Part shown: positions 29,323 to 43,348 of the stretch, piece by piece
How positions within the stretch are numbered: the stretch's first letter is position 1
Layout: each line of letters opens with the position of its first letter
NCBI GenBank assembly: GCA_051294905.1
Contig: CM119371.1
Coordinates: 27,714,001 to 27,778,000, forward strand
DNA: 64,000 bases
Origin: Botryllus schlosseri
Taxonomy: Eukaryota
Direction: 5' to 3'
Translations under genes and position numbers: made by a program
Notes under the pieces: generated by a model
Database searches by the model: none
The model's input: the letters and a program-made list of their open reading frames with translations, nothing else
What the model was told of the DNA's origin: nothing

Positions 29323-29700
29323 TAGTAAGGACAAATACTTTCTACCCGAGAATGTACGAAAGTGTCTTTCGTTGTATTGCAACAAATTTAAATTATCTCT
29401 ACCATAATATGTGATGTAACTACTGGAATTCTTCATAGGGCCAGATTTCGTTAAAATAAAGTTTTTCGTGTAAAACATTTGTCAGTGTTTAAGTCAAAAA
29501 CGTTTTTCAGGCCAAACTACTTCGTAAGGACAAACAGTTCCAACCAGAAATGAAGATAAGTAGTACAATTTTAACATTATGTGTGAAAACACGTGATTTG
29601 CCTACGTTAGGTCAAAATTGGGTCGAAAGTAAGCATTTTTAGGTAAAAAAATGTCGAAATTTTGAACTTATAGGTCAAAATATTCCGGTTTTTAGGTAAA
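29323..29700 (+). repeat. Dispersed repeat, copy 1 (copy 2 at 48312-48625)
   Basis: Collinear blocks ACTTTCTACCCGAGAATGTA, GATGTAACTACTGGAATTCTTCA, TTTTCAGGCCAAACTACT and a tail of TTTTAGGTCAAAA-like repeats at both loci. Confidence 0.85.
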
Positions 29701-32700
29701 AAATATCGCCATACTGATAACCAACTCAACGCATCTGGGAAGAGATTCTGTTAGGCTAGCCCCAGTTGTTCAAGGCTTACTTATAGTAAATAACGGTGAG
29801 GAACTGTTGACTACGTCGAGGTTACGTATTTAGAGCCTAACACCGCTACTTTTGGTTCAAGTATTGACGCCACGATCATCCTATATGCTCTTTCGGAAAT
29901 AGTTTAGTCCTTGTCACATGATCTGACAGTTTGATAAAAAACACCGTATGTATTTTCAAAAATAGGCTTTTGTTTAAACATTTCAAGTTAAACAAAAATA
30001 TTTCAAACTAGTGTGTTTTATAACAAAATTTCTTTTCAATGTAGCCAGAAGTCCATACAGTAGTGAAACTATTATTACAATAAAATGCAATCGATATCTG
30101 TTGCCCGTAGCATCTATCGACTTGAAATTCGTAACAGAACCTACGCGTAATTGTTTGTTTCTTGGAAGAACTTGACTCATTACCCTGTAAACTACATTTT
30201 AGTCCAATATATGTTTAACAGTCCGAAACGAAGGGATTATGCGTTTCATTGTTGCGCGCCGGAAACAATGTCTCGTGCCTTTTTGTTCGGATGCAATAAA
30301 TCAACTCCAGAAGCGGAAGCCCTACCACGGTAATTACAAGTCGCTGCGAGTCGTAATAATGAGTTTCGTGCTCGCGATCATTGATCAATGTTAAAACCAC
30401 TCGATCATCTAACGCGGGTGCAATCCACTTTGGGTTTTTGTAGCAGTAAGTGCGGCGATATGTCAAAAATGTCGGAAGAGATGATAAGGAAGCTGCATTA
30501 ATTAAAATACTTGCGATCGATTTCTTGATCGTAATTTTATTATGATAATCACGTATAGCAACTGTGAACTACAATATGAATTTGTTACCTAATTCACGTA
30601 CGTTCTGACACGCATAACAGAATGGAGTCGATTATCCATCAATCGTAATGATTGAGAGTCGAGCGGCGAGAGTCGACATTTGCACAAACCAAATCATGAG
30701 TCCGTTGAATCCTCAAATAGAGTATGTGTTTCTATGGTAACGAAGTCTAATCGTCTTTTCCGTCATTCTGCTGCGCATTATTCTAAAGCTATCATTGGTA
30801 TTATCATAATAGCGGAATGGTCAGAGTGTTCACTGGCGGTATAGGTGAGCAATTAATTCCGCCATGTTTTATCTCAATAAAACAATTCGTTTTAAAGACA
30901 TGTCAACGCTTTTTCTTTCGCGTAAAAAACACGATGGTGGAAAATATGCCATACCAATATGAAATCTTCGACGTGTCTCTAAGGCAATGTATCCCTGCCT
31001 TTTATTTGCCAACACACCACTATAAATTCTCACAATTTTGACGGATATCTTCATTCTTCACGTTTAATGCAGCGATATGGCGAGAAAAAATAACGTGTAG
31101 AAGTTGCATGGCTTCAAACGCCAATCACCACTATATCATCTTTACTTTTTGCGTGCTCGTAAGCAACCAATACAATGCAAAAATGATGGATGCGTGAGCT
31201 TATATTTACTAACAAAGTCTCCGCGAGGAACGCATAACTACGATTGCATATCAGATATCATACAAGGATATTTGGAGTTATCACAAATATGCTATCAAGT
31301 CCCGAACACTTTGGTTGATTTATTTGCACAATATTGGGTCTTTCCTTGGCGCGACGATTAGTTACATAGTTAGTAATATCATGTTGATGTTCATATTAAC
31401 TTGCTCTGGAGAGAACATATTCGTGTAACGGCTTGATAACTTGCAGTGATATATGAGTTCTATTGATTCATCTTCTTACTGTTTCATTTGTATGCGTCCA
31501 GGTTTTACGTGGGACAATCATGATTCGATTTCTCACGCCGTTGCATACCAAATACCCTTCGTAATATTTGAAAACAAAACCATGTTGTACTGTACAAATT
31601 CTATCTGCATTGGCGTAGATATTGCCAAGGTTGATTGAAAATTGTAGCCCAACGCTTGATCGCAATCGTAGAAACGTATGCAATTATGTCCAATGGCCAT
31701 TGTCCAAGTCAAGTTATTTTGCAATGCAGCGCACACTAGCGGAGCTGTACATTGTCTATTGATGGGTGAACACTGAACTACGGTAATTGATCAATAATAC
31801 TGATCGACGACTCTCCTGTCAATCACATCACGTGGCCAAAGTGAGAGTTAAACGGAATAATTTTTGTTAATAATTCTGTTTTAATATACTTCAAACGAAC
31901 ACCGTATTTTAAGAACTTACATGCCCACAAATTTGGTGTAATATTGAGAATAAAGCCGGACTCACACAATATGTTGTCCCGTATCGCGTACAATGGAGGC
32001 ATTCAAAGTATATATCACTCGACAATCGATTATTATGTTCATGTTTCAAAACTAGATGGACCCTCCCATAAGAGTTCGCGCTCGTACCGTTTTATTTGCA
32101 CAGACGCGCACTTAAAGCGCTGTGTTACAACAGGAATATCATATCCATCTTGAGTTCTCTTGATACCGACAGACACGAGAAAGTTTGGCACGTATAGGTG
32201 AAATATTACGTAGTCCATGGTGCAATTCAAAAGACACTATACCAATTCTGTTTCAAATCCACGTGTATGTATATATCATCAATTGTGCTACTATAGTAAT
32301 CATTGCATAACTGTCGTGAATTCGACAACACGTGATGAAATATTCACGATGCTTTGTGGTTTATGGAGGTTTGTCTGAGGAAGTAACTAATACTATTGCG
32401 GATTAATGTAGCATGTCAAACGGATATCGCATGCTCCTGTGTAATTCCGAGCTAGAATCAAATCTTTGGTATTTTCAAAGATCTGAATCCAAATCACGGA
32501 GATATTCAATTCGTACCAGTTAGAATCGTATATTCAACATTACAGTATCCATATATATCTATAATTTTATGTGTCATCGGTGTCCACATCCATTCCCACA
32601 TTTACGGATGCATCCGATGTACAATCGGGTGCTTAAATCATATCCTAATTGACCTCTTTGTATATGCAACAGGACTGAATTTAGAAAAATAGTAAATTAA

Positions 32701-34253
32701 TATTATCAAGTCATGGAATTGAAGTAAATAGATCGATTTCAAACTTATTGGAAATGGGTCACACCATTATGGCATGACGACATTGTTTAACGACTCGCGA
32801 CTTAGCACCTACGTTCTTTGAAGTCAAGTCGCGAAATAACATCTGCGATTATGTAACGAGAAGTTCGGTGCGAATCGCAACTCTGCTCCGCGGGAAATCG
32901 GCAATTTCCCAATCTCATTCGCGTCATCGAATTAATCCCGTCTGAATCCTTCTTTTCGGGATATCGTTTTCATCTTTGCATCAAAGAGTCCACGTAGCAT
33001 AGCCGTGGAAATGGTGATACCTGACCTTGAAACAGCTATAATCAAACGCTTCGTGGTATTGCTGGGATAATATGAGTGCCAACATCGGGAGATTAGACCA
33101 ATCGACCCTACAACAGAGCATTGTCAAACCATAATAAGCGTCAGCGCCAGAGCCAGCGTTTGGCATAATGTTAATTTTAGGATTTTACTTATTACTGACC
33201 ACCGTTAATCGTGGAAGTTTTAGGGTTCGCCTTCATATCACGTATTCAAAATTACACACATTATATCGATCTTACCTCGTACTTGTTCGTTATAACAATT
33301 CAAGTTTCTGGCACTAACGCAGACGTAATTTTGTTTACATTACAAGTTTTACTGTTACGTGTAAGCACAATTCTTGTTCGTAATCCTGATATCCAGCTAG
33401 CTTGTTGCTCAGATCCCAAATTAGACGCTCTGTGCTTTACGAAGGAGCCACACTAGACGCGAAACTAGTGGCACATGCTCCCATATTACGCATTAGTTCC
33501 CCTCAGCGAGCTAGTACAGTGTGGAAATTATAATGAGTGGACTTCTGCAATGTGCAGTAATTGGGACATAATGTAACATATTATATGGTAAACTTGTAAT
33601 ATTGATGGCTACACAATTACACATGCCATCGTTACCAAGCTAATATATCTCGATGCAACCCGATTTTGTCAGCCTAAAATTCACACTACAATCAAATTAT
33701 TGCGAATTTCCATTATTGCCACGGGCCTCCAGCAACTTATTTCCGATTGGTTATAATCAAAACGAACAGATTATGAGATCATATAATGGCAGTGATGTGC
33801 CATTGGCGTGCCATGAAACTATCATAATTGGAAATGGGCGAAATTGAATCCCAGCCTGGGAATGCGACTCAATATGTCTGCTCAAATCGTATCACATAAC
33901 TATTTCTCAAAATTATTTTAATCACTGAAACAAAATCTCAGAATAGCTTTAAGCGTACCGGTGATCGACCGTGTGTAGTGCGCAAATTTACATCGCATTG
34001 TATTCTGGAGGCATACGTCACCACATCTATTTTATGGAGTACTTTGAAGCGCGTGCCGCCAATCTACATCATTTTACTAAATCCGAAGACAATATGTATC
34101 ATCAATGCGATTACTGTTGTTGATTCACGTCGATTTGAATGATTCGATATTTTTCGGGCTTGATTCGATACGATACATTTAATTAGAATCTATGATTCTT
34201 AAGTGCAAATTCCAATTGCCGGTCAGAACAACATGCAAACAGAATTGCTAGGC

Positions 34254-34794
34254 CCGGCGTTCTCGACCCTTTTTTGGCTGTGCCCCATTTTTCGGTTTGG
34301 AAATGTTCTGTGACCCACCTCTTAGTCTCGAGCAGTAGTCCTGCTCAATTTGTGATAAACACCGACGCCGACATTCCGTATTTCTCTTCTTTTCTGGCTG
34401 TTGATATTAAAATGTAGATCGCTAGCATCACGAAATCGCGTGAAGCACGTAGAAAATCTTCAGTCATTACATAAACGAAATTATTTTTGTTTCTGTCGGC
34501 CGTAGGTTGTCATCAAAGGCGTAACCGGGGACAAAAGTCGCCGTTTTCCCGTCATTTACGATTTGTACATTATGACCTCACTCGTGTCACTATGTCTCAT
34601 CTGGGTCGGCTGAAAAACTTGATGTAGCCTACCTACGTACTATTCGATAAGATGAATATATGTTATCAGCGAATAACATAACAATTATAACAAGACTTCA
34701 ACTAAGTCTACAATTTTCCCAATAGCTCAGTGGCCCACCTCAAAATGCCCCTTTGCTTACCAGTGGGCCATGGCCAACTCTTTGAGAACCCCTG
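34254..34794. mobile_element. Degenerate hAT MITE (CAGGGGTTCTC-type TIR) in Wnt1 intron 1
   Basis: Left CCGGCGTTCTCG, right TTTGAGAACCCCTG; flanks tgctaggc/gactagac (5/8). Confidence 0.55.
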
Positions 34795-35286
34795 GACTAG
34801 ACGGTTAACACATAATGTGAAACGGTCAGCAACGATCTATTACTATATTTTCGGAGCGAGTTTTGCTTACTTATAACAACTGTTCAGGTGATTATATTTT
34901 TAAACTATCGTTACTTAAATTTCAACAGTTTTTTTAAATAAAACTACTTGTAACTCTTGGCAGATTGGAAAGTATAAATTGCAGTTCAGGAGTGAGTTTG
35001 CCTAATTTTAGCAGTGTAAATTAGCATAATAACCACCGGAAATAAACATTGCGTTGTGGTATAACGAAATATTTTAGAATATTGCGCCTTGCATTTGGAG
35101 TCACATTATAGTAATTTTGTGTCGGTCACCAACACACATCGTCATACTTCGGAAGTAGCTACTTCCGATGAACCACCAAAAGTATGCGTGCGACCCACGA
35201 CCAATCCATTTATCGAAATTACTTACTCGGATTATACAACGCATCAGTATCAACTGATTTACCGAATGTTATTCCGACTAATTCAG

Positions 35287-35801
35287 GAGTATAGCTAGCA
35301 TCCCACTGTCGCAACGAAGATCGGCCAACGCCCGGAGACAGTACAGCCACCAAACTACGCAGCCCAGTCGGCGGAAGGCCCCGCACAGTGGGACCAAACC
35401 AGACGATCTTGAAGAGATCGAAAGCCTTCTCACCAACGACAAGATCAAAGAAATACTGACCAGCTCAGATATCGCGACTTCAGCTACCTCGCAGGGCGAA
35501 GGGAGCTTTGCGAACCAAAACAAACGCGACGTAACCAGCGGCCGCGCCTCCGACGTCAGCACTGTGAGAAGGGCAGACAACATATTCACGAAATCTCTGT
35601 CGGGCAACTTCAAGCCGCCGATTCAGTTACTGAACAAAAAGCAGAGGAGGCTGCTTCGGAGAAACAAGGGAGCTCTCGAGGAAATCATCGCGGGCTTGAA
35701 GAGGGCGGTGAAAGAATGCAAGTACCAATTCCGCAACAGGCGGTGGGTCTGTCAAACAGACTCAAGAGACGGCTCGCTGTTTGGGAAGATCACGGCGCGA
35801 G
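35287..35801 (+). CDS. wnt1: Wnt1 coding exon 2
   Basis: Acceptor actaattcAG; 171 open codons ending LLNKKQRRLLRRNKGALEEIIAGLKRAVKECKYQFRNRRWVCQTDSRDGSLFGKITARG, the Wnt1-type LL.RKQRRL..ECK.QFRNRRW.C..LFGKI..RG pattern; donor G|GTAAGT. Confidence 0.93.
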
Positions 35802-37741
35802 GTAAGTTCCTCCCTGCATTATCGAATATTGGAGAGAATTTGATTGTGTGCGCTAAGCCGTGAGTCCATTGGCGTTGGACAAGACTCGTGGACTGACACC
35901 GCACTGTCAATACGGCCTCCTGGCGCTTCGTTGATGCGAATATTAACACAAAAATCTATATGGATCAACTCGTACGATAACATACCGATAAGCCTGTGCA
36001 CAATGATTTCAGTACCCGAATTCGATTCGAGTGTTGAGGGCAGGTACTTTAGGTACTAAAGCAATGCGGTCCCCTCGACTATGACTTATATAATAAACCT
36101 GAATTAGAGTTTAGATGTTTTTTCCACGAGGAAGACCTGAGACATCAATTGGTGGTATCACAGCATCAATAAGATGTAGTGAAAAACCGCGCACGTTAGT
36201 GGAAACGGTAGTTCTGTGAAGTCTCATTCACCCCACCCCTCAGAATTACCACAAAGTACAATGCAATAGTTATGGCCGATAAATTACTATATTATCTTTA
36301 CGTATGGTGCAGGACTTTGTCGTTGTGGTCACATAACAGGTCGGTATTCGAACTTGGCACTTCACCAACATCCTAATACCGTAATAATTAGGTATAATAT
36401 ACTTGAATATTCGTCTCGATTCGAATCCTGATATTCGATTCGTATTTGACTCTCACAGATACAGGCCTACTCGATTTTACCATATCTGCTACCAAAACGT
36501 ATGAGCCAATTATACATTCCGTAACCTTATTTCCAGTCATATGTTACTATTTAATTATTTATCAACGACATTCATTGGATAAATGGCAAACAAAAAAGTA
36601 TAAACCTTGAGGACTTCCTTCATTGTTGCATCACAATGCGCGCTGCAACACCAGATATGAACCGAAAATACGATATTACTGTTACCAGCATGACCGTCAT
36701 GCATAACATGCGTGTTAGTGCATTTCACTGGAGTCTTGTCAGATGACCAAATCATTGAAGTTTGATTAGCGTCTTTTGTGATAGAATCACGTGACTCGCC
36801 CTCGCCTGCATAATTAATTGAATAGAGGCATCTATTCGCTGTAACTTCAACATTGTCCGATTTCTGTCTCTACCATGTAGATGCGCTACCTTTTGTTATT
36901 ATGTGTTGCATTAGGTATCTTCATTTCGCCGTCTCGGTAATTGTTATTGCTGGGCTCCGTCTCTTCCCTCGGGCGCTTGCTTTGATGTAATGATCTTTTA
37001 TACATATTTGATTTACTCACTTTGATGATAGGATGTTTATACCTATCAACAAATCAAACAGATTTAAAGCGTTAAAATGGCTCTGTTACAAGATAAAGAG
37101 CAAAGTTTAACTGCAGCCATAGTCTTCGCAGTCGACGGTATCTATCGTGTTGCACGCACGACAGTTCCAGTATGCAAAGCTAATATTAATGTTCGTTTTG
37201 CAATGCGTGTTTCCAACTATTGGATTATTCCTGTAATGGTTGAAATATGGCGAGCTATGCACATTGAAAAATGAACACTGGATAATATAGCTATTCGATT
37301 GTCAACAATACTTCACATATACACCGCCACTCCACTCTTGCCGTTACCGTGCTCAAATTGGTGTGGTTTGCATTATCGAAGCAAGTGGGAACAATCTAAC
37401 ATTGTGTCCACTACCTTGCGATATTTCGCATCGCGATTGTAATCGCAAAGAATTAAGTTACTTTTTCGTCGCCTGTCATTATTTTGGCACCAGCGCAATA
37501 TTAATATCAGTGCATGTTGGCCACAGGCTCTCAGATGCTACTGCCATGTGAACACCAGCAGAATATCCATGTCATTCAGTGACTCTTAGGCGGTGTTCCG
37601 CGGAACACTAGGGATCCATTAGCGAGTCTGAGGGGTTTCGCTGGAGGTCAGCACGCGGTCTCAATTCATACATATGATTTGTGATGATATACCCGTCATA
37701 GGTTGCTGGTATATAAGCCCGACCAGTAGTCGAGTCGTGAT

Positions 37742-38237
37742 TAGGGCTGGGCAAAATCGAGTACCTGAGTGATCCGTTTCTGAATCACGTATTATGCTTC
37801 GAGTAGACTCGAGTATTCGATTACCACCTTAACAGAATGTAACATGACTAGGTTCAAATATGTACCTCTTATTTCACCACAAAAATATGATGCCTGTTAT
37901 CCATCGCATTGAAGATACTTTGGTGGTATTTTTCGACCATACCGATTTCATTGCACTATGTTGTGGGACGATCAAAACTTCGAAAACGTGTTATTTCTAG
38001 TAACGGTCTTGGATTTTTACTGTGTTTCGTGTACTGCGATACGGCATATCGAGGTTTCAAGGCTACCACAGTGGAAAATAGTATCGTAACTTTAATTCAC
38101 GTTGCTAAATTAACACTCAGTGGCGAAGAGCGTATAATTTCAGTACTTGAAAAAATCATATTTTATTATTCGACTGGAATCATTAAAATTAATGCTCGAT
38201 TCAGATTCAAGTATTCGAATCATTGGGCCCCGCCCTA
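37742..38237 (-). mobile_element. hAT MITE family A, copy 3, in Wnt1 intron 2, 496 bp
   Basis: TAGGGCTGGGC...GCCCCGCCCTA; TSD gtcgtgat/gtcgtcat (7/8); collinear with 12353-12852. Confidence 0.88.
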
Positions 38238-38390
38238 GTCGTCATTGTCGGGCGTATACTGTATAATGCCGCACGTAGGATAGGGTGGGGTTCTGAATCG
38301 AAATTTCGTTCTTCTTAAATGCCAATTCTATCTCCAATACTATTGTAGTCATCACATCAGTAGAACTATTCAATCAACGCCTTTTCACAG

Positions 38391-38468
38391 GTTTCCGGGA
38401 GACAGCATACATTTACGCCATCACGAGCGCCGCTGTGACGCACTCCATCGCAAGAGGCTGCAGTTTAG
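38391..38468 (+). CDS. wnt1: Wnt1 coding exon 3
   Basis: ttttcacAG|(G)[26 protein letters not shown]|GTAAGA; phase 1 to phase 1. Confidence 0.93.
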
Positions 38469-38598
38469 GTAAGACATCAAATAATATGAGCTCTGTACAT
38501 GCAAATGACAAACATGCACCTGAATAACAACGTAGACCATTTCGACCAAGTCTGGTTGTCCATGCTCACGCGTATAACCTTCCCTTTTCCTATTACAG

Positions 38599-38783
38599 GC
38601 AGAATCGCAAGCTGTGGATGCGACATCAGAAGAGGTGTGGGCGGTCCCGGTTGGGAATGGGGCGGGTGCAGTGATAATTTCAAGTTCGCGCGACAATTCG
38701 CGAAAAAATTCGTCAACGCGGGAGAGGTGGGAACGGATCTCAAATACCGAATGAATCTGCACAACAACGAAGTCGGAAGACGG
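38599..38783 (+). CDS. wnt1: Wnt1 coding exon 4
   Basis: cctattacAG|[29 protein letters not shown]...[11 protein letters not shown]|GTAAAT; phase 1 to phase 0. Confidence 0.95.
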
Positions 38784-39359
38784 GTAAATGCATTTTCATA
38801 CTGTCGCCGTGAAAAGGATGCAGTGGAGATCGAGATATTGTTTAATATTTGATGTGAGATTTACGTCGCTCTGTCTCCCCGAAAAGCTACATCTCATATC
38901 CAGAGGTTTGCAAAGTTCACAGCGTTGGTAGTTTGGTACACAGGAAGATGTAATAACTAACGTGGTACATTTCTACGCAATTACAAGTAGTAGAAAGGAC
39001 TTCCAAGACCTGTCAAAACTACTTCAAATGGATGTATGAACATTACGTAACTAACATTACCAAGTCTCATAACCATCATTTGTGCGATTAGTATGAAAAA
39101 ATTATTGGAATCTACCACAAGTGGTCGAGTAATCACCGCTGCTTCTCGAGTAGAAGTAGAAATATTGCCACAATTTTATATTCGATTACAATAGACTTGT
39201 CAAGTTCCAGGACAAGTGCAACGCTACAACCACATTCGACCTGGAAATTGATATCATCATCATAATCAGGGTTCTGTTGATATTTTCAAAAATCCCCGAC
39301 ATCATCTCTCAATCCCCGACGAAATATAGCAATACGGCATCGAGTCTATGCCTCAAGTA

Positions 39360-39755
39360 TATGGTCACCATATTTTGGAATCGGGAAAGGAGGACACTTT
39401 TTCAAAATTTTCAGATTTAGTACACTAGAGTAAAATCTGGAAAAATGGTAAATTTGTGGTTGGTTGACTAAAAAGAGGTCAACTTTCGGCTCAACTCCAG
39501 AAATACAGTTTTTCTTTCACACTTAACGTTGGTTGACTAAAAAAAGGTCATCAGTTTCGTTAAAACCACGAATTTCCTATTTAGCGTCATTTATGCCCAT
39601 TTTCACTCGGATCTATTCAACTATCTTTGCTATAAAAGCTGTGAAGGAGGACGAATTGTCAGAAAAGAACGACATTTAGGCGTCCTCGGAGGACATTATG
39701 AAAAACCTTAAAATTGAGGACAAATCCTCCTAAAGGAGGATGTATGGCAACCATC
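39360..39755. mobile_element. MITE family B (TAGGGTTACCATA-type TIR), degenerate copy in Wnt1 intron 4
   Basis: ACCATATTTTGGAATCG.GA.AGGAGGACA left end and CAAATCCT.CTAAAGGAGGA...TATGG.AAC right end are shared with 42883-43227. Confidence 0.7.
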
Positions 39756-39813
39756 CGAGTAGCCGATACCGCTATTGCTAGATACAATTCATAACAAGAT
39801 ACCCTATTAACAG

Positions 39814-39973
39814 ACCGTCGAAGAGTCGGGCAAAAAATTCTGCAAATGCCACGGCATGTCTGGAAGCTGCACGTTGAAGACCTGCCTCCTGCGAGCGTCG
39901 GATTTCAGAACTGTGGCGAGAAAGTTGAGAGATGAATGCGACGATGCGGAACGAGTGACGACATCTAATCATG
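39814..39973 (+). CDS. wnt1: Wnt1 coding exon 5 (lipidation motif)
   Basis: ttaacAG|TVEESGKKFCKCHGMSGSCTLKTCLLRASDFRTVARKLRDECDDAERVTTSNHG|GTGAGT; not in the ORF track; CKCHGMSGSC intact. Confidence 0.93.
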
Positions 39974-40326
39974 GTGAGTGAGCTGGCGAGCACAAGCTGC
40001 GCCACCCCTCGATCAAATTGTACTTTTTGAAACGACTCTCAATAATTGTGATGCCTTTATTGTTCCACTTATTTTTGGAGCAATATTAACATATCTAGGG
40101 ATTTGCTACTTCTTCTTGTAATGAAATATTCAAGGCGTTAGTTCTTCTTTGAGTATTGTGGTTTCGGTTTTTCGACTAGAATGGTGATTTTACACCTAAC
40201 CGATATTCTCAGCTATATGACTTATGATCAGCCAGCTGGTGGCACGACGCACTTTGAATAGCAACGTTGACCATCTCTCGCTAATATACGCTCTCTAGGT
40301 AATTTACATACCATCCTATATTGCAG

Positions 40327-40646
40327 GTACCATCGGAAAACGCAACAGCGGGCTAGTACCGGCAGTCCGCGGACGGAAACCGCCTAAGAAAGTCGACCTG
40401 GTATACTTCGAAAACTCCCCGAGTTTCTGCGTGAAAGAACCCGAATTCTGGGCTGAAGGAACCAAAGGCCGTACCTGTAACTCGACATCAAGCGGACTGA
40501 ATGGTTGCGAGTCGATGTGCTGCGGGCGGGGATTCCGAACCAGGGTGAAGACAGTCAGGCAAAAATGTAACTGTGAGTTCGAGTGGTGCTGCAAGGTGAA
40601 GTGTCAAATATGCGAAGTGGAAAAGGAGATCAGCAGGTGCAAATGA
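40327..40646 (+). CDS. wnt1: Wnt1 terminal coding exon
   Basis: ttgcAG|TIGKRNSGLVPAVRGRKPPKKVDLVYFENSPSFC...GTKGRTCNSTSSGLNGCESMCCGRGF...CNCEFEWCCKVKCQIC...RCK*. The six exons sum to 1713 nt (570 aa plus stop). Confidence 0.95.
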
Positions 40647-42882
40647 ACCTTGATGAAAATCAGTAAAGAGATGAGGCTTGCTGTTCGCGGCAGGAGTACC
40701 ACAGGCGAAAAGAAGATGGAGGAGAACGGCCGTTCCACGAGTTGTTTGTGCTGGTAGAGCGAACACAACCATTGACAGAAATATTGCGCCAAGCCAACTC
40801 GGCTTTAGTCTAAGCTGCCGACTATCAGTCGCCAAATTAGTCCCTCCACGAGTCCTACGAGAGGTTATCTATTTAAGGCGCATACTCCACCTGAAACTAA
40901 ACTCAATATTGTGGGATCCATACTGTAAATGGATGTAAAATAGGTGCATTTACCACATCTCCACCAAGAGTATAAAGTAAAAATCAGAGAATCGGTACTT
41001 CTTATGCTAAACTTTGCTTTGATATCCATTCCAATGGAAGAAATCGACTCAAACACGCCAATTGCTATTGATATATATCGACGAGGTGTGGTTGCTTATG
41101 CTCATGTTTACGTTGACCACCTTATTGTGCGTTCATGGACTGGTACACGAAGACAGAACCTTCTCCATCCCTCGGATATCATTCAAAAACAATTGATGCA
41201 TCTGACTCCTTTTCAGCCATTGGAATAGGTGTGTGAGCAACATTTTATACCGGGAAGTGCCGTGTCTCTGATTTGCACCATGCCCTGTGGAGAACATCGC
41301 CGATATACACTATTTTCGTTTACATTAGGCTACAGATGGTCCATCATAGTCGATGGTTCCCGACTGGTGGTTTTGACGCGTTACTCGTTTGCGTCTGATG
41401 GAGATTGCGGCATGCCTTAATGGGGCCCTCGCATTGTTCGAGAATAATGACCACTGTCTACCACTGTTACCGAACACTGACAAAAAAATCCCGTTGACCA
41501 TATGTGTTGGTGATCCACCGATATGTAGCCTACATTCTACGCCATTTCCGATACCAACATTATCGCGAAGTTACAGGGCGACTAGAATAGTTTCGGGAAA
41601 TGGATAATATTATGATAAAAATCCTCTCAAAGTCGACCAAATTGGTGTCCTTTATCGCAAAGTCGAGATATTTCGAAATATACACCGCTACTGGCTAGAC
41701 TATTTTTTTCGAAAATCGATAAGCTGTGCCAAGTTACATATTTTACTGCCGATTGTCAATCATTGTATAATCACTATTTTGTATTCGTGATTTTTTAACG
41801 GATGGACAATGGACATCATGTTGTGCTGTGAGTTAGATCATTGAAGTGAAATGTTATATCATGCTGTTCAGTTCACTCTATACGTGACAAATTTTCATTT
41901 CTTTTGTTATTTGATAATTTATAGCGAGTTGGATACTTTTGAGTCTGTGTCTTTGACTGTGGCCCGTGCAAAATGAGTGCATTGCAGTGTGTTTTCGTGG
42001 CAATCGATGCATACGGACGATATGTTAGTGCTACAGATGAGACCTAATTGAACCATGTATATTAAGTTACTAAATGGAAACGCGATAGTGACACTTACTA
42101 GGATTGAGGGTCGTGCAATGCATACAGTAGGGTAGCAAATCACTTAAATGTGGTTATGCGACTGATGTAAATAATCAGGCAACCATAATTTGATTAATAC
42201 CGCAGATATCTATACACAATCTGATAGTATCGCGATTCGACCACATGCTATCGTAAAAATTCTAAATGTGCAGATACGTGCGAGACACTGTCTGCGTAGT
42301 CAAGTCAAAACGCGATTTACTAGCGATTTCCTCCGGCTGAAATACACCCAGACTGCGCTGGCTGCTTGTCTGGCTTCACGGTGCAAATCCCGCATTGCAG
42401 CCACATAACTCCGGCAAAGACTTCGTATGCTTCAATCGGACATACCGCTGAATGTCGCGCAACGTTTTTCTTTTTATTCGCCGTCGCCTTTACGGTTACG
42501 TATTCTTTTTGTTGTATTTATTAGCGCGTGAATATTTTCAATAAAATAACAAGAAGTAACAACGCGAAACGTAAATAATACTTGGTTGAGTGCTGGCGAC
42601 CAGCGTAGGGGGCAGTATCGCATCAGAGGCACCTATGAGATGCAGATTACGGTTCGGGAAAGGTCAATTACTGCTTACGTGTTAGATTATTGACTCCAGA
42701 GGTGTGCAACGTAGTCAGCGTTGCTACTCGCGAAGAACTAAAAGTACCCAATTACAAGCAAAAAGCAGCGAACATGTCGAAACGGCCTAAAGTGGATGTA
42801 GAAAAAGATAGGTCTTATAAGGACGTAAATTAAGTCGTTTCAGATAGTATAAGTGGGCAATCGCATACTTTATGTATAGTAG

Positions 42883-43227
42883 TAGGGTTACCATATTTTG
42901 GAATCGAGAGAGGAGGACAATTTTCACAAATCATTAAAGTTAAATTAGGTCATCATTTCGACTCGGGTCCCGAATTACCCACTTTTTAACGATACTGCTT
43001 TGTTGTTAACCAAAAAGGGTATTTTTTTCAATCCTACTCCCGAATGACGCGCTCGAACGTCTGCGTTACATATTTCGCGTCATTGATGGCGTTTTTTAGT
43101 TGACTCTGTCCATTAGCCTAGCTGTCAACGATGTGAAGGAGAAAGAATTTTCAAAATGGAGGTCGTTTTCGGTTTCCTGAAAAAGGAGGGCAAATCCTTC
43201 TAAAGGAGGACATCTATGGTAACGCTA
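42883..43227. mobile_element. MITE family B copy between the Wnt1 and CAP gene 3' ends
   Basis: TAGGGTTACCATA ... TATGGTAACGCTA, followed by a second TIR-like TATGGTAACCCT (43231-42); no clean TSD. Confidence 0.72.
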
Positions 43228-43348
43228 ACGTATGGTAACCCTTCGCGATACATGATATAGGAGCAAAAGTGGACAGTACGTCGTAAGTAGATATCTCAGC
43301 ACCATGGCAATCGTACACAATTTTTTTACTGCCACGACTTCGGTATAC

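Noticed and set aside
35278-40835. Minus-strand ORFs overlapping Wnt1 exons (e.g. 35278-35613, 40316-40594, 40488-40835)
   Set aside because: Antisense shadows of GC-richer coding exons.
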